A stretch of 59,592 bases of DNA, filler included, from Platydemus manokwari (GCA_037951405.1; 6 parts of 6 records of this genome joined end to end with filler, not necessarily neighbours in it), one strand, 5' to 3'; shown: positions 25,501-40,200, counted from the first letter of the whole stretch. Translations and numbers: made by a program. Notes: generated by a model not told the origin, from the letters alone.

Positions 25501-27483
25501 TTAAAATATTTTCAACAGTAACAACTTCTACTATTTCCACAAACTACATTTCGAGTGCAAAGAGAAACAAAAATCATCAGTAGATTTATTTTGCAAATGT
25601 GGGCTGAATAGCATAAAACCTCTTGGGATTAATTAAGACAATAGTAGTATCAATCAACAATATGATTTCGTTGCATAATAAAATAATAAAATTCATAAAG
25701 CCCAATTGAAATAAATTTGTAGTGAATGACATTTTAAGCGAAATAAGTATAAGAAGTAATTTCGAAAAAATACAGAAGAACTTTGAATTTATCAACGAAA
25801 ATCTTTGAAATTGTAAATCACTATATATATATATATATATATATGAAATTTTCTTTTCTTTTTTAATAATGGATTTTTGTATTAGTAATGGATTTTTGTC
25901 AAATTTCCCGATATATTCTTTCAAATTCTTTGGAGTAAAAATGGTCAAATAAATAGTGACTAAGATATTTTTCAAAAAATAAACCAAATGTAAAATTAGC
26001 TACATTAATCAAGGCAAAGCATCACATAATAACAGTACAACAGACAAAATCAAATCTAATTTGCAGAAAATAAATAGAAATAGAAAAAATCTACTCGAAG
26101 AAATTTGTTTTTCAATTTTAGATTGAAAATATCTGACGAACATTTTCTGCCTTACTCATTTTGTCTCACGAACAATGACATTTCATGTTTTGCTTTTCAG
26201 CCTTCATAAATTATAAACTTATACTTAATTCATTAAATCTCTGAACTTAATATATCATGATTAATTTTGATCATCATTCATCTTCAGATACACTGCTTTA
26301 TTTTAAATCCGGTCTTGAAAATTCGGATCCATTTTCTCATTGTACGCCGCTACTATTCAATAAAGCACGAATTGAAAACGAACTGAAAACGACACCAAAT
26401 TATATTAAGTACAATTATTTAAATAAATTAGCATTATTTTTACATAAAATCTGAATAAAATCTTCAAAATTTTAATTCATTTTAAAATTCTCACACTCGT
26501 TTTATAAATATAAATTCTTGTCAAATGAAAATATATTTATTTGGTGCAAGTCACATACAAACATTTCACTTTTACGTTTATACTTGTTTCTCCTTGCGAT
26601 ATTACCCAAATCGAGTAGTTAATATTTTATAATTAGTAAATTTATTAAAAAATTTTATTTCATTACAGTATTTCAGAGTTGTAAAAACTTTTAATTAAAA
26701 TTTTCTTAAAATAGTTATTTTAGAAATTGTTTTATTCGAAAATTATATAGTATCGAAATAATTTTGTAAATTTATGTTTTACAAAATATATATATATCAA
26801 AAATATGTATCAAAAATTTCATTAAATTTGAATCAGGCTTGCCCTTTAATTAAAGAAAATTAATGATCAATAAAATTTAAAAATTCTATAATTATAACAG
26901 AAAAAATTCAAATTATGAATGAATGAATTATACGAAATTTATCATATAAAATATCCTTACTGCAATGATATTGGAATTATTAGTTAAGACTATCTGTGGT
27001 TCGGAAATACAGAAAGTTACCGTTGGGCTTCTAAATTTGAAACATTGAAACAATATTTGGCATATTGCTATCACTGTCGTTTTTCATAATTTTTCAAATA
27101 TTTAGTTTATTTAGAGATTATATGATAATGTTAAATATTTGTGTCCACATAAATTATTATTATTTCCGAGATATGTGTGTTTGCATACGATCAACAGAAT
27201 AGTATGAGTTTTGTGAATGTGTGGAAATAATTTGGAGTTTTAATCCAGTTTCCAAACAAAGAATTGTAATTTCGAAATAAGCAACGATCGGGTTATGAAT
27301 TGATGGATTTAAAACTATACCAATACTGATTAGTAGAAACAAGTACGATATCGATCTATTGGGAAACTACTTGATGAAATATTATCAATGGAATAATATA
27401 AAAACTTAACCATCATATTACCTGCAGTTTTTCATAATGATAGGTGGGTATTTCTAAAATTATTTATTTTCATTAATTCACGT

Positions 27484-27904
27484 AATCACCCAAGTATAAT
27501 GCTCCCATTTTCGTCTCAAATTTCAACATTAAAAATTGGGGAGTATTATACTTGAGTATGTAAGAAGATCAAATTATGTAATGATTATATAATAAGATGA
27601 GTATGTTTATTACCAATTTTTAAACGACAATCATTCTGATCTCCCAACAAGCATGTCTGACACGCCAGAATTTAAAACAAAGAGATCTTGTTATGAAGCT
27701 TCCTTCAAGCTTAAAGTCATAAACTTTGCAGAAGCAAATGGGAACTAGGCTTCTTCCTGAGAATTCACAATTCCACAGACAAATGTCAGGCTGTGGAGAT
27801 TGCAGAAAGAATGTCTTATTGAGTTGCCAAAGTACCCGGACTTGGAAAAAGAGCTCGTGGAGTGGGTAACCGACCAGACATGCAATGGCTACATTGTCAC
27901 GATG
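27484..27904 (+). mobile_element. pogo-family DNA transposon 5' relic (Brinker-type DBD plus start of CENP-B HTH)
   Basis: From ATG 27653: MSDTPEFKTKRSCYEASFKLKVINFAEANGN*ASS*EFTIPQTNVRLWRLQK...KYPDLEKELVEWVTDQ...GYIVT, with two in-frame stops; upstream inverted pair caagtataatgctccc / gggagtattatacttg typical of pogo/Tigger subterminal palindromes. Confidence 0.82.
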
Positions 27905-28287
27905 CTTCTGTTGGAGTTTCGTGTCTTTTACTATTTAGATATTATGTGAGTTCTGTATACTACCGGTTGAAGCGCGATGTCAATCCGGTAGGTGCGTGCT
28001 CCTATATTATTATTATTCAATAAACAAATGATAATTCAAAACAAATAACCAATTATAAAATATATTTGCCCTTATCACAAGTGTTGAAAACGTAACTAAA
28101 TACAAGCAAATTATTTTCTCAAACAACCCAAAAATCAGTTTATTCACCACACAGATTAAAAAATATTCTCAACAAGGGAAGGCTCCGATAACGAACCTCC
28201 TTTGCGCTGATATAGAATTTATAAATATATATATATTTTAATAATATGGGCGGGCCCTGTTATTACTTCCTTTTTATCAATTATTAA

Positions 28288-28380
28288 TTTGACAGCTCTG
28301 TATACCTTTTAATTTCAGTTCGATTCCCTTTTAACAATAAAGAATTTGATAGCTCTATATCGCTTTTAATTTCAGTTCGA
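28288..28380. repeat. Short direct repeat (~35 bp x2)
   Basis: tttgacagctctgtataccttttaatttcagttcga and tttgatagctctatatcgcttttaatttcagttcga. Confidence 0.7.
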
Positions 28381-28476
28381 AGTTCAGTCTATCCGAAAAT
28401 TTTGTGAGTGAAAATAGTGGCTTTGCCACTCCTTATATAGTGTTTTCTAGGACGGATTCTGAATAATCATTTTAAA

Positions 28477-28576
28477 NNNNNNNNNNNNNNNNNNNNNNNN
28501 NNNNNNNNNNNNNNNNNNNNTTAATTAATTAANNNNNNNNNNNNNNNNNNNNNNNNNNNNNNNNNNNNNNNNNNNN
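28477..28576. other. Assembly gap spacer
   Basis: N-TTAATTAATTAA-N, 100 bp. Confidence 0.97.
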
Positions 28577-28586
28577 GAAGTACTAA

Positions 28587-28752
28587 GAATAATAATATTA
28601 ATAATAATAGTTATAAAAATAATAGAAGTTATAATAATAATGATAGAAATAATAATAGGAATAATAATAATAATAATATCATAAATAATAATAACAATAA
28701 TAATAATAATAATAGGAATAATAATGATAATAGAAATAATAATACTAATAAT
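28587..28752. repeat. Degenerate (AAT)n microsatellite
   Basis: Directly visible; explains the poly-Ile ORF 28525-28755. Confidence 0.9.
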
Positions 28753-31389
28753 CATGATCTATTGACTATTTTAATTGGTAGTTTGCAAATAGGTTGATAT
28801 TTGTGCTCGCATCTATTCACAGGTATCGCATAGAACCTATCGTGCTTACCATTTCATAAATTCTTCATCAGTGAATTCTAACACAGAGTCAGTTCCCTCA
28901 ATTTTGCCTGTATCTATTACCGGTCTGTGGGCACCTGTTGTAAATACCTTTTGGTTTCTTAATAATAATGATAACAATTATAACTAATAATAATAATAAT
29001 GATAATGTGAACGATAAATATTTTTACAATTATTCTAACATTACGAAAATATAATTTTTTTTAATAAAATCGATAATTATATTTATTATTTTTATTGTTA
29101 GAATAATTATATATACACGGAATAACGTATGTAGATCTTGAACACACAAACACACACCTAACCCATATTTCAACTAAATAATTATAAGACAATAATATAA
29201 TCTCATTATTTCAATGATAATATTTTCATTTGTTCGCAAACGGTAAAGTATTGAATTATAAAATATTAATTGACATCAGATCAGTTATTAATCATCGAAA
29301 ATTGCCCGTTATCATGAATTTTGTTAAAACTGATTAATGGATTCCCACTTCCGATCATTTGATGATAATGAGAAATTCTATCATCGTGCTTGATAAGTGG
29401 TTTGAAATCTGCATATCAGCATCGACTAAATTTGTATCTCTGTAAACCTGTTCTCGATTATTCTCTTGATTGTTTTTTATTTTATTTTTTTGTGGTATGT
29501 GGTTGCTATCACATTTGAAATTTATTTCAAATCTAATAATAGTAATAAATGTATTTAGAAATGATGGCTGCCAAAACAAATCTTGACTGGATTTCACAAA
29601 CATTCAACAAATTTCAGCATCCAATTTGACCTTCAAAACATTGATATTTATAAATTAACCGCGTGATAAAAGGGTGTTTCGTAAATCTCACATTGAAAAT
29701 GATTTGAATGGATTATATATACTTCACATATTGGAGGCGATAAAATTTAGAAAAAAAAAGAAAATAAAGGGCAAAATGATGAATAATAATAAATAGAAAA
29801 ATTATTTCATTACTCTGCATTACTCCGAGCATTGGAAAGATGGATTTGTCTTTGATTTCATAAATGTCTGAGAAGGAAAAATTCGAAATGAAAAATATGG
29901 AAAAATTGACAATGAGACAAGAAATAATTCAAAACCTCCAGCCATCGATACCAAGTTAATCCACCAAACCGACACAAATAATTATTGGTTTACATATATG
30001 ATTGATTTGTCCGTATATATATACATCTTCTCTGATATAATTAATGAGTCGACACGATCTGGTGCCATCTACCATATACAGAATGGAAGCAGAACATAAA
30101 TTATGACATCAAAAGTTGATGTCAAATGTATAAATAATTATTTCAGTCGACAGTTTTTTTTTCCTGCTCGTATCCAGCAGATATTTATCACCAGACGTTT
30201 CGATTCGCAGAGTTGTGGTAATTGAATTGTATAATGCGAAACAAAACCATTTTTTCAACATGATATAAGTTTTTAATGATAATATTTTTAACGAAAAGTA
30301 TGTCCTATAATTAAATGAGATTTGTTTGTTTGGTTTTTCCCCTCCAATTTCTCGTGATCCAGGCAAATATGTGACAGTGGCACGAATGTCTTGAAAAGAT
30401 AAGAAATATTATTGTGGCTGTAAAATGAAACCATTATATTCTCGAATTACATTTCTAGAAAAATGAAAGAATATGATGCCTAAAATAAAAAATCGATTTT
30501 TGATCCAGTTCTTTAATTCAATATTTTAATCACATAACGTTCCGTTTTGTGTGGATTTTTTTCTGGATATCTTTTTTTATACTACAAAAAGTCACTAAAT
30601 TAAATTAATAAATCACGGAATTTTTTAATTTTTACAAAATCATCGTAGAGAATAAATAGAATTATTTTTTATATTACTTATAAATTAGAAGTAAATAATC
30701 GATAAAAAAGTTAATGAGTTGAAATTTTAGCTGCTTGTGTATTTGTTGAACGACAAATAGAAATTACGCACAAAGGTGTGTGTGTGTATGTCTCTGACGA
30801 GTGTGTCTTAACAATGAACAAAATCGACTCGTTTGTTTGTCATCTGTAAATATTTCTTTTAAATCGGTCAAGTAAGGTTAATGGGTATTAAATATCACCT
30901 GACAACAATAATGATAAATTGTTCAATTATGTCGAATAAAATTCATCTATAATTACATTAAATTACTAGCTTTTTATTTCCTGATTATATCTACCTTGAT
31001 GCATCGGTTATTCTCAAGAGAAATCGATTTTTTTTGCCATTACCTTTAACAATTGCTGTGTGGAGATTTCTCGTTTCAATAATGATTAAATGAGTCTTGT
31101 TAAAATCGATTGTTAATTGATTAATAAAATTAGACGAACAAATATCGGGTTAGGAATCTATTTATGAAATTAGCTTGTTTGAGAGTATTTTAGAAATATA
31201 TTGGGTATGTTTGAGCAATATATTTTATTAGTATGTGAAGAAAATTCTTTGTATAAAATTGCTATTGATTTTCGAATTGGAAATTCTCTGTCAAAAATTT
31301 TTTGGTGAGAAATTAATGATTGAAAATGATATTCAATAATTTTTTTAATAGATAAGATAAATTATTATTTCTTCACAAAAATCCAATGA

Positions 31390-31958
31390 TATAGGATTGA
31401 AATGAAAGTCTTGTCCGATAGAAAATAATATTTATTTAATCAATAAAGAAAATATGTAAATTGAGAAAGATAAACAAAAAATCATTCGTCTGTAAATCTG
31501 AAATGTTGAAAATAGAGTCACCTTTAAGGTTCACACAATTTTGCCAGCGTTCTGGAAGTTGTTTTATGCCGTTTTCATAGAATTTCGCAGATTTTGAAGT
31601 GGACCACTTTTTCAAATCATCGTTAACCTCTTCAGCGGAGTGATACGTTTTCCCACGAAGTGAGTTTTTCGTAGGAGAAAATTTTCAAGTCGCTTCGTCC
31701 CAACTCCATCATATGCCACAAAATAGTATTTTTTTAATGATAGCTATCTTAAACAATTATTTAATTATAAGATAGAAATTAAATATTTAAAAAGGATTTA
31801 ATAATCCATTTAAACTAAATATTTCTTCATAAAACATTGGGATTTTTTAGATTTACAGACGATTGATGTTTTTATTTATATTTCTCAATTTATATATTGT
31901 CTTGATTGGTTACACAATATTATTTTCTATCGGACAAGACATTCGTTCCAATCCTATA
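31390..31958 (-). mobile_element. Internally deleted mariner element with ~43-bp terminal inverted repeats
   Basis: tataggattgaaatgaaagtcttgtccgatagaaaataatatt (31390-31432) is inverted at 31916-31958; minus strand ~31520-31670 gives a mariner C-terminus (KNSLRGKTYHSAEEVNDDL...KFYENGIKQLPERWQNCVNLKGD). Confidence 0.85.
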
Positions 31959-33001
31959 TAATAGTTTTTTTTATAATTTCAATTGTAATGCTATATTAAT
32001 ATCAATATTATGATAACATAATATTACGATAATATAATATTTTTGACGAAAAAAGTTTCCCGAGGTTATTTTTATTATTTTTTAAAATTTTTTAATAATT
32101 TCTTATTCGTGATCCCGGGTGTGATATTTTCAATTGTTGTGTAGATAATCTGATAGAATATTATATCGTGTGTTATCTTTTTATAAGCTTCAATTTCGAT
32201 GATCAATTCAGGAACACTTCCGAAAGCTGGTCAATACCATATCATTAAAAATGATAAAACCAAATATATGTTTCAAAATCGATAGAACAACTTACCTCGA
32301 TTTTTCAATTAAATTCCATAAAAAGACATTACATCATAATACTTTACATGATTTATTTCTATATTGATATATGTTGAGGGGAAAAAGTGAAATTTCTATG
32401 TTCGTTTACCAGTTTCTCTGGATCATATGGTATTATTAATGAAATATAATTTCGTTATTTACTGCTGAATTCAAAATGCTTAATCTATAGAATCATCTTT
32501 TTGTGCATAAAAACCTATCAAGATTTCTGCGACTATCCCTATATATAATGATATATATTATATCTTACAGCCATATTAAATTGTTGAGAACTAAATATGA
32601 AGTCCAAAATATAATGATCTAGAGTATCAAGGTTGCTTAATGTGTTACAATTATTGTATTCGATGTGTTAAGATTATCATCAGAATTTCGTTTCATGAAA
32701 TGTCGATTTGATTCATTTGATACCCTTTTTTGTCGACATCAATATCGATTGAATCTCCATTGTATATCAAAATCTCTGGCGATCAATTTAGCCTTGACGT
32801 TTGATTGGTTTAAGATTCCAATCACTTCCAATCGTTATTTGTGATGACAAATTCGAGATTGACTCATCATCTCGCAAACAGTACACATTGTTTTTGCTTA
32901 TGCTAATTTATTGATATATATATTGATACAAAAATGTAATGATTTCTGATTCTGTTTCTTCACTATTAATATCAATAAATTCTCAATTGTAGAATACATC
33001 A

Positions 33002-33190
33002 ATGCCACGAAACAACACCAATCAAACTCGACGATTTAGCACTCCATCCTTGACCGAACTCACTCCGGGAGGCTCATTTTTGGACCTCATATTCTCTATT
33101 TATCACGCTTTTGACAATCGACCCCCGCGGCACAGGTCTGCAACATATTCATATAACGAGACCGAAGAAGAAGAGTTAGGCAACAATTAG
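33002..33190 (+). CDS. Candidate small protein (62 aa) or terminal coding exon of an unidentified gene
   Basis: Acceptor ctcaattgtag| ends at 32992, in frame 9 nt before the ATG; GC-richer than the flanks; contains RRFS, RHRSATY and an acidic tail; downstream AATAAA at ~33506. Confidence 0.5.
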   Translation: MPRNNTNQTRRFSTPSLTELTPGGSFLDLIFSIYHAFDNRPPRHRSATYSYNETEEEELGNN

Positions 33191-36100
33191 ACAATGATAC
33201 CAAGTTTCAAATGGATATATAAATAGAATATTTGAAATTAAAATATAATCATAACTGTTTCAAATCTATCTGATGAATGTGAGAGAAAAGTGTACAAAAA
33301 ATGAAGAATATAATCAATGATAAAGATGTCGTTTAAGATATGAACATTATCGATTGAGAACTAATTTTATATATTAACGAGGCTTCTGTTTCGCTTTTAT
33401 ATATAGTATTGTTTCTTGCTAATTTTATTATCAGTTTGATACTTTACTCTAAGGGTTTCTACAGTTTTTATACATATACACATTTATTTAAGGTTTTTTT
33501 TTATCAATAAATTTATGTTTCAAATGCTACTCAATACTCGTGTGTGTATGTGTATGAGCGTGCGTGTATGTTTGTGAATATTTGGCTTTGTTTTTTCAAA
33601 TTAATTAGGTAAACAAATGTTTTCAATATTTTTTTTTCTCTCTCTGGCAATGGGTTTTTGAGTTGGGTTTTTTTCTGGAAATCTTTTCGATTTTATCACA
33701 ATGTTGTTCATCAAATCTAAATAATCGATTGCAATTATTTACTAATATCGAATTTTCTAAAACGAACTTAATATTTTTACAATTTCGTGTTATTCCTATT
33801 GAATTTAGGAATCATTATCTCTTTTTTTGTTCAATTTTGTCTGACAGAAACGATTTTTCAATTGATTGTTATGCCCATTGATTATTGATGATGATGATGA
33901 CGATAATAATAATAATGATGTTGATGTAGATGAATTTGGAATCAATCTCGATTCATTTACATATTATAGATATATCAATTAGTGATGTTTTTGTTTTGAT
34001 TTCTTGTCATGATTTCAGTTATACAGTGATTTTTTTTTATCGTAATCGTACGGATTGTTTTTTTGTGTTGATATATTTTTCAATGGAAAAATTATCGATC
34101 TGTGTTAATTAAATGTGTTGTTATTATTATTATTGTTTCTCATCATATTTCTCATGATAACAATAATTTCCAAAATCAACCCATGATTTATAATTCATCG
34201 AAGTTCTCTAACATTGGGTTTCGTCTCGTTAAGAACAGAAAATAATCCATTGAGCAATTTTAACTTTGTTACTTAGAATTGGAATTTCAAGAATATTGAA
34301 CTGAACGAGAATTGGGATATTTGTTTCGAAATTTTATGGAAACAATTGATAGTAACTTTCCGATGTCTACCGTCGCGAGATGAGACTTAAATTTTGTGAG
34401 ATAATTTTACCAGTGAAGTATGTTATTATTGCCAGTATCTTGTTAAATAGAATGTTACAAATAATTGCATAAATAATATATATATACACGAATATGTGCT
34501 GGTTTGATAAATACAACAAGGTATATTGGCCCCCAAAATTGACCACAGGTGACCTAAATAAAATATAATACAATAAATGACTTAATAGTTTTCAAATAAC
34601 AAAAAACTTTCTCGTGAGAAAAGAGATAATAAAATAAATTTATCATTTTTTCAATGCTGATTAATGGATGCTGACGAATTAAGGGTACTGACGAAAATGG
34701 AAAAGGAATGATTAAAACAAAATATGCCTACATATTATCATACATAATATATAAGATTACTGATTTTATAAGTAAAATATTGGTTGTCATTGTGTACATG
34801 AGTTTGGTATGCACAGCGGATCTATACCAAAAATTGATATAAATAATTGAGTAGATTTGTCATTTCAAGAAAGCTAACCAGAGTCGATATGTAAGGCCAT
34901 AAAAGATAAATGTATTATTAAATATATAAAAGTATTGTAATGTATTCTTGATAATAGTTAACAGATATTCTATTAGAAGGGATTTCTAGTAGGCATTTGC
35001 ATGGTATTCGTGCAAGGTTGATTCATCTTTTGACATTAACCTATATTTGATTCTTTGTGTTTGTGAGAACCTTTGCATTCTGTTAGTGTAATATCAATAT
35101 ATTTTGAAACAAAACTTTCACTGTCGAAACCTAGAATCCGAGAACGAGTCAGATCACATGACTAATTTAGTACTTTGTGAGTAACAAACTTAAAAAATTT
35201 ATGATGCTTAAATTTAATTAGTTTACTCATATTTTTTACATTTTCAAATCATTATGAGATCGAATTCCTGTACCATCTGCAGATTTATTTGTTCAATTAT
35301 TATTTCCTATTTAAATTGCTAGTTAATTGTCTCATTGTATTTGCTACCTGGCATCTTAACTGTAATAGCAACGAGTAACTTAGTCATTCGATTAAGAATT
35401 GCCTCATGTGATCAATTATATTGATCACTGATTCTGTTTCATTTGATAAAATGATACGTTAAAATAATAAAACACAATTAAATTATAAATTTATCTGAAA
35501 AATTATCAAATGATATAATTGATATTTTTGGAATCCTGGAAATGAAATAAATGTTGGAGATTATTCCAAAAAAAGTAAAATCAGGAGACCAAAGCTTTAT
35601 TTGTTTAAAGTTTTAATGAAATCAAATCTTAAAATTTTGTTCCTATTTAATGCCTGATTCAAATAAACTTCAGAAATTTTCAGCACTCCAAAAAAATCTA
35701 TCAATTGCTTCTAATCCTGAAAAAATTTATGATTTTCTACGAATTTAGGTTGTTATTTGCACGAATTAAATCTGCTGTCGACCCAGAACTATAAACAACT
35801 TGACTACTTAGATTACTATTAAAAATAGTTAAGTGAATTTTCACTTTTAGTGACATCGGGATATTGACGACAACGTGAACCCTTAGCCGTGGTATCAACT
35901 ATCCCACATATGAACCGGTATTGTTGGAGCTTTTAATCTGTGGAGTCATTGAAAACGTACCAATCTACACATACAGAGCCATTACGCTAAACATAAGTAA
36001 CCCAGTAAAATGATAAAACAACTCAAAACAAATGTGAAAGTGATTTACTAACACGTCACGCATACAAATTCTCAAATGACCACAATAATTTGCAAGTAAC

Positions 36101-37198
36101 AATCGATTGTACGTTTTATTACTTTTTGATTACCCTATTTTATTATTTTTCAAGTTATTATTCATCTCAAGTTATCAACTTTTTGAATGTCTTTAAGTAG
36201 TAGTTTAATTATTTAAGGTCAAAAGTCAAACAAAACTTCATCCAATAATATAATGTGTGGAGGTTTAGAAGTCCTAATTTCAAATAATTCATATCGTAAA
36301 GCATGTTTGGCTCATAATAACAATCTAATAAAAGGTTATGAACATGACCTATTATATTAACTGTAAACAAATTAAACTTCATTAAAACCAAAAATCCAAT
36401 AGAAATTTAAAGTCTTCCTACATGAGCAAACAATATAGTTATGAAATATGGGGTTTGCATTTAAAAAAAAGGTTCTTTGACCTCATTTCAATATAATGAT
36501 TTTTCGTGTATTATTGAATTTCAATATTTATTTATAATGATATTTTTTTTATCACATTTTAACTTAAAATTCCATTTTAGATGAAAAAGAATAAAAACAG
36601 CTAATTCATTCATAATTACAATCACAATGTAGTGTCGATTCAATGTTTTGAACATAAATGACTCGTTTATTCGTATTCATAAAGTATAACCTAAGTTTGG
36701 AAAACACAAATAAGACATCCAATAAAATTCAAAGTGATTCATCCAGTTTCATTCATCATTAATTATATATAAAGTAATACTTTAATTGCTAATTTTTTAT
36801 ATTTATATTGGAATGTTTTCCTCTAGGATTGTCACAACTCGACTTTAAAATAGAATGGTGAGGATATCAAGAAATCATCACATTTTGTATAACAATATTT
36901 TTTTAATATTCGATTTTATTTTTGAGTTTTTTAAATCATTTTGTGAAAATTGATTTATTCATATAATTCAGTGGATATTTCATATTTTATGATGTCGAAT
37001 AGTAACTAAAGAGAATCGATAAACCAAGTTCCTAATCTAATCACAGTCCTTTTATACGATAGTTTGAGCATTTAAATTTAATTTTTTATGATAAATACAC
37101 TTTATAAACTCCTGACACGTTAAAAAATATATAAAATTTCTTATTATTATAAAATAATTGTAAAAATTCAGAGTACCTCTCAATTTTCTTCAATTGCT

Positions 37199-37288
37199 AA
37201 AAAGGGGTCCTCTCTAATTTTCAATAAATTGTAATTTGACCCAATTTGATCCGTTTTTCAAAGAATCAAATTTAAGGAGATTTTAAAA
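37199..37288 (+). repeat. Dispersed repeat copy (inverted partner at 47617-47706)
   Basis: aaggggtcctctctaattttcaa...tttgacccaatttgatccgtttttcaaa...aaggagattttaaaa aligns to the reverse complement of 47617-47706. Confidence 0.75.
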
Positions 37289-37954
37289 CTGTAATCTATT
37301 TAATATTTGACTTCAAACAACTAAAATTCTTCTTAAGTACTTAGATAAAAATTTCAAAATGTGTTTAAAGATATAATTAAAATAAAAATTATTGATTTTT
37401 ACAATACACTCAACCAATTAAAAATTTTATTTTAGGATTCCTTTTATTAAATTTATCCGAAATACATAACAGATAAGATTTTCCATCAATATCTGACATA
37501 TAGGAGAAATTAGTTTGCTTGTTGTGTATAGGTTAATTTTAGATATGAATGTGAAGTTACTGTAAAATCTATTTAAGTAACACTGATAAATGTGAAGTAG
37601 CAATGACAATGTAACTTGTACAAGCATACATGTTTACGTGTCCTGAAGTTTTCTGCAACAATAATACCACTATTAGTAATAAGACTTTTAATAAGGAAAC
37701 ATTTATTTACAACAGTTATGATGTTATACTTATCGTCTTATATCTGATGATGTAAACACATCATGGGAGGTTAAATGATTAGTAGCAACTGACAATTACG
37801 CAATTACTTGTCATTATGTAATTGAACAAATATACATACTTATCATACATACAACATTCACATTTCCATTTACGAATCTTTCTTACAATCACGAACGGTT
37901 CTTATCTACTCAATTTGTGGTCAGAAACATGGTTTTAGAAAAGTTAGAATGCAT

Positions 37955-38535
37955 TCGTTGGATTTCTCATTACTAAAGTACTTTTAAATTGTGAGTTAAG
38001 CCGACCAAGTGACTTTGATGAAGACTGTTTGAACCAATTGATTCATGATGATCCGCGTCAATCGACACGAGCGCTTGGACAAGTTATAAATTGTGAACAC
38101 ATCACTATTTCTCGACATATTAAGAAAATTGGAAAAGTTTAAAAGCTTGGATCATGAGTACCTCACTTTCTCAAAGAAAGTCACAAAAATCAACCTGTTT
38201 CGATTTTTGCATCTTTACTCGTTCGCCACCAATCTGCTGTGCAACAACAAATCGAACCATCTTTCTGGTATCACATTTGAAAACGAAGAAGCAATAACAA
38301 CGTGAATTGAAGAATTTTTCGACCAAAATACACCAAGGTTCTTCAAACGTGGGATTGACAAACTCCAAAAACGGAGGAATGGAGTGATCGATTGTGTTGG
38401 AGAATATCTCATCGATTGCGAGTGAGATGTTTGTTTTTTCTAATGATTTCTCAAATTCATTTTGTTATCTGGAATTTTTCGCATGGTTTTTTATTCTTGA
38501 TCAGTATGCATTTTTCATAATTGTCACCAACCCAA
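37955..38535 (+). mobile_element. Mariner (cecropia/Hsmar1-like) transposase relic with internal deletion
   Basis: RPSDFDEDCLNQLIHDDPRQSTRALG...ISRHIKKIGKV*KLGS*VPHFL (decayed WVPHxL), joined to C-terminal SNHLSGITFENEEAITT*IEEFF...RGIDKLQKRRNGVIDCVGEYLID; ends caccaacccaa|TA (TIR end). Confidence 0.88.
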
Positions 38536-40100
38536 TAATATAATACATTTTCCTTTAATGAATTCTTTATAATAAATGAAACCTATTTTTTGGAGAAAAT
38601 CTTTTGAATATAAGTATAATATACAATAATAAAATAATAAGAGGTTATTATAACCAAAATAGTATAAATAGACAAACAAAATACAACTATTGCCTCGATT
38701 TGAAATCACTAATTAACAGTGCCCTATTCGAAAAGCCTCAAATCCAAGCTGCAGAAGTTCCGTCAAGATGACATTTGTCTTTCAAAGAGTATATGTCCAG
38801 CATATGCACTGGAAAGATCAAAATTGTTGATTACTCGATCAGAGACTGATTATCAAAGAGGCAGAATAAATTAAATAAGTAGGTGAATTTAAAATAGACG
38901 ACAACAATTTCAATCAATCGACAACATTTCAATCACGGGTCAATATGACCATAATATAATGACCGCAAAACGCACTTCTTAATTAATAATTTTGGCTTGA
39001 CAATCTCATCTTGGATAATTTTACAGAGACCCAATGAAGAAGAATTAGCTTATCGTGAAGGCCTTTGCAGATCGTTGTAAGTAAATTAAGTTTCTAATCT
39101 TTCTCTCTCTTCTCCTTGTGTTTACAATATCCTGCACATAAAGCGGTGAGTCAAAAGATCATTTTATTGTAATATTGTATTGCTTTTCCTGTTGCTAATT
39201 TTGTAATGAATTGTAAGCATTTATATTGATTGAAAACTATTTGTTAAACTGTGATAACGTTCATAAAGCACATATAAATTTACGAGTTCGATGAAAAAAT
39301 TCCGCATTATAAAATACTAAAATCATTCGGAAATATTCTCATTCCTATAATCCACAGCGTTCTCGTTTATTAAAATTATCTTACCAAATCAACATTTCGA
39401 CTCGGTCGAATTCATTTAATTTTAATAATCTCATCTATACGATTCTTTATTCCGATATATTTCGTATTACTGCTGTCATTAAATTCCAGATAATCATTTA
39501 TTATTGGTTTTCATGACCCGACGCAAATTGCGGACGTAATTATTATCTCATGTATAATATTTGGTGCTCTTAAAGTCACTTTAATAATTCATAAGACAAC
39601 ATCAGTGAAGGAATAATTCAACACTACCTAATTATCCGTATTATAGTTGAATATAAAAAGTATAAAGTTATCGTAATCGAGTTAAAGCTTCAAATAAATT
39701 ATTAATTCAAATAAAACTAAATATAGAAGCCCGTGGGACTTAGATTTAATAATATTTTGAGGAATTTGCCATTAGTAATTCTAGTATCGAGCTTTGTGCT
39801 ACATTAAAACAAAAATTACTGAAAGTTAGTTCAGTAAAAACAAACAATTAATTAATCGTTACGCTTGCTTGTTATTCAACTGAAATTCTATACAAAATTT
39901 AAGTAAATTTTCCAAAAAATAAGCGTTCCAAAATTCAATATTGGATTGAAAGATTGCAATATTATGCCCACAAAGTTCTTATTAAAACCGTCTTTATTTT
40001 GATTTATTGATTAATATCAGGTGTACCTGTATGAAATGAGCGTTAAGATACAAATATGTTGATAGGGAAGATTTGTTGTGAACAAGCCTTAATTTTTATT

Positions 40101-40200
40101 NNNNNNNNNNNNNNNNNNNNNNNNNNNNNNNNNNNNNNNNNNNNTTAATTAATTAANNNNNNNNNNNNNNNNNNNNNNNNNNNNNNNNNNNNNNNNNNNN
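40101..40200. other. Assembly gap spacer
   Basis: N-TTAATTAATTAA-N, 100 bp. Confidence 0.97.

Noticed and set aside
28525-28755. Poly-Ile ORF
   Set aside because: Translation of an (ATT)n microsatellite running into an N gap.
35880-36020. Minus-strand DWYVFNDST resembling the USP His-box WxxFND motif
   Set aside because: A stop follows within two codons, there is no in-frame GHY, and no other USP exons were found.
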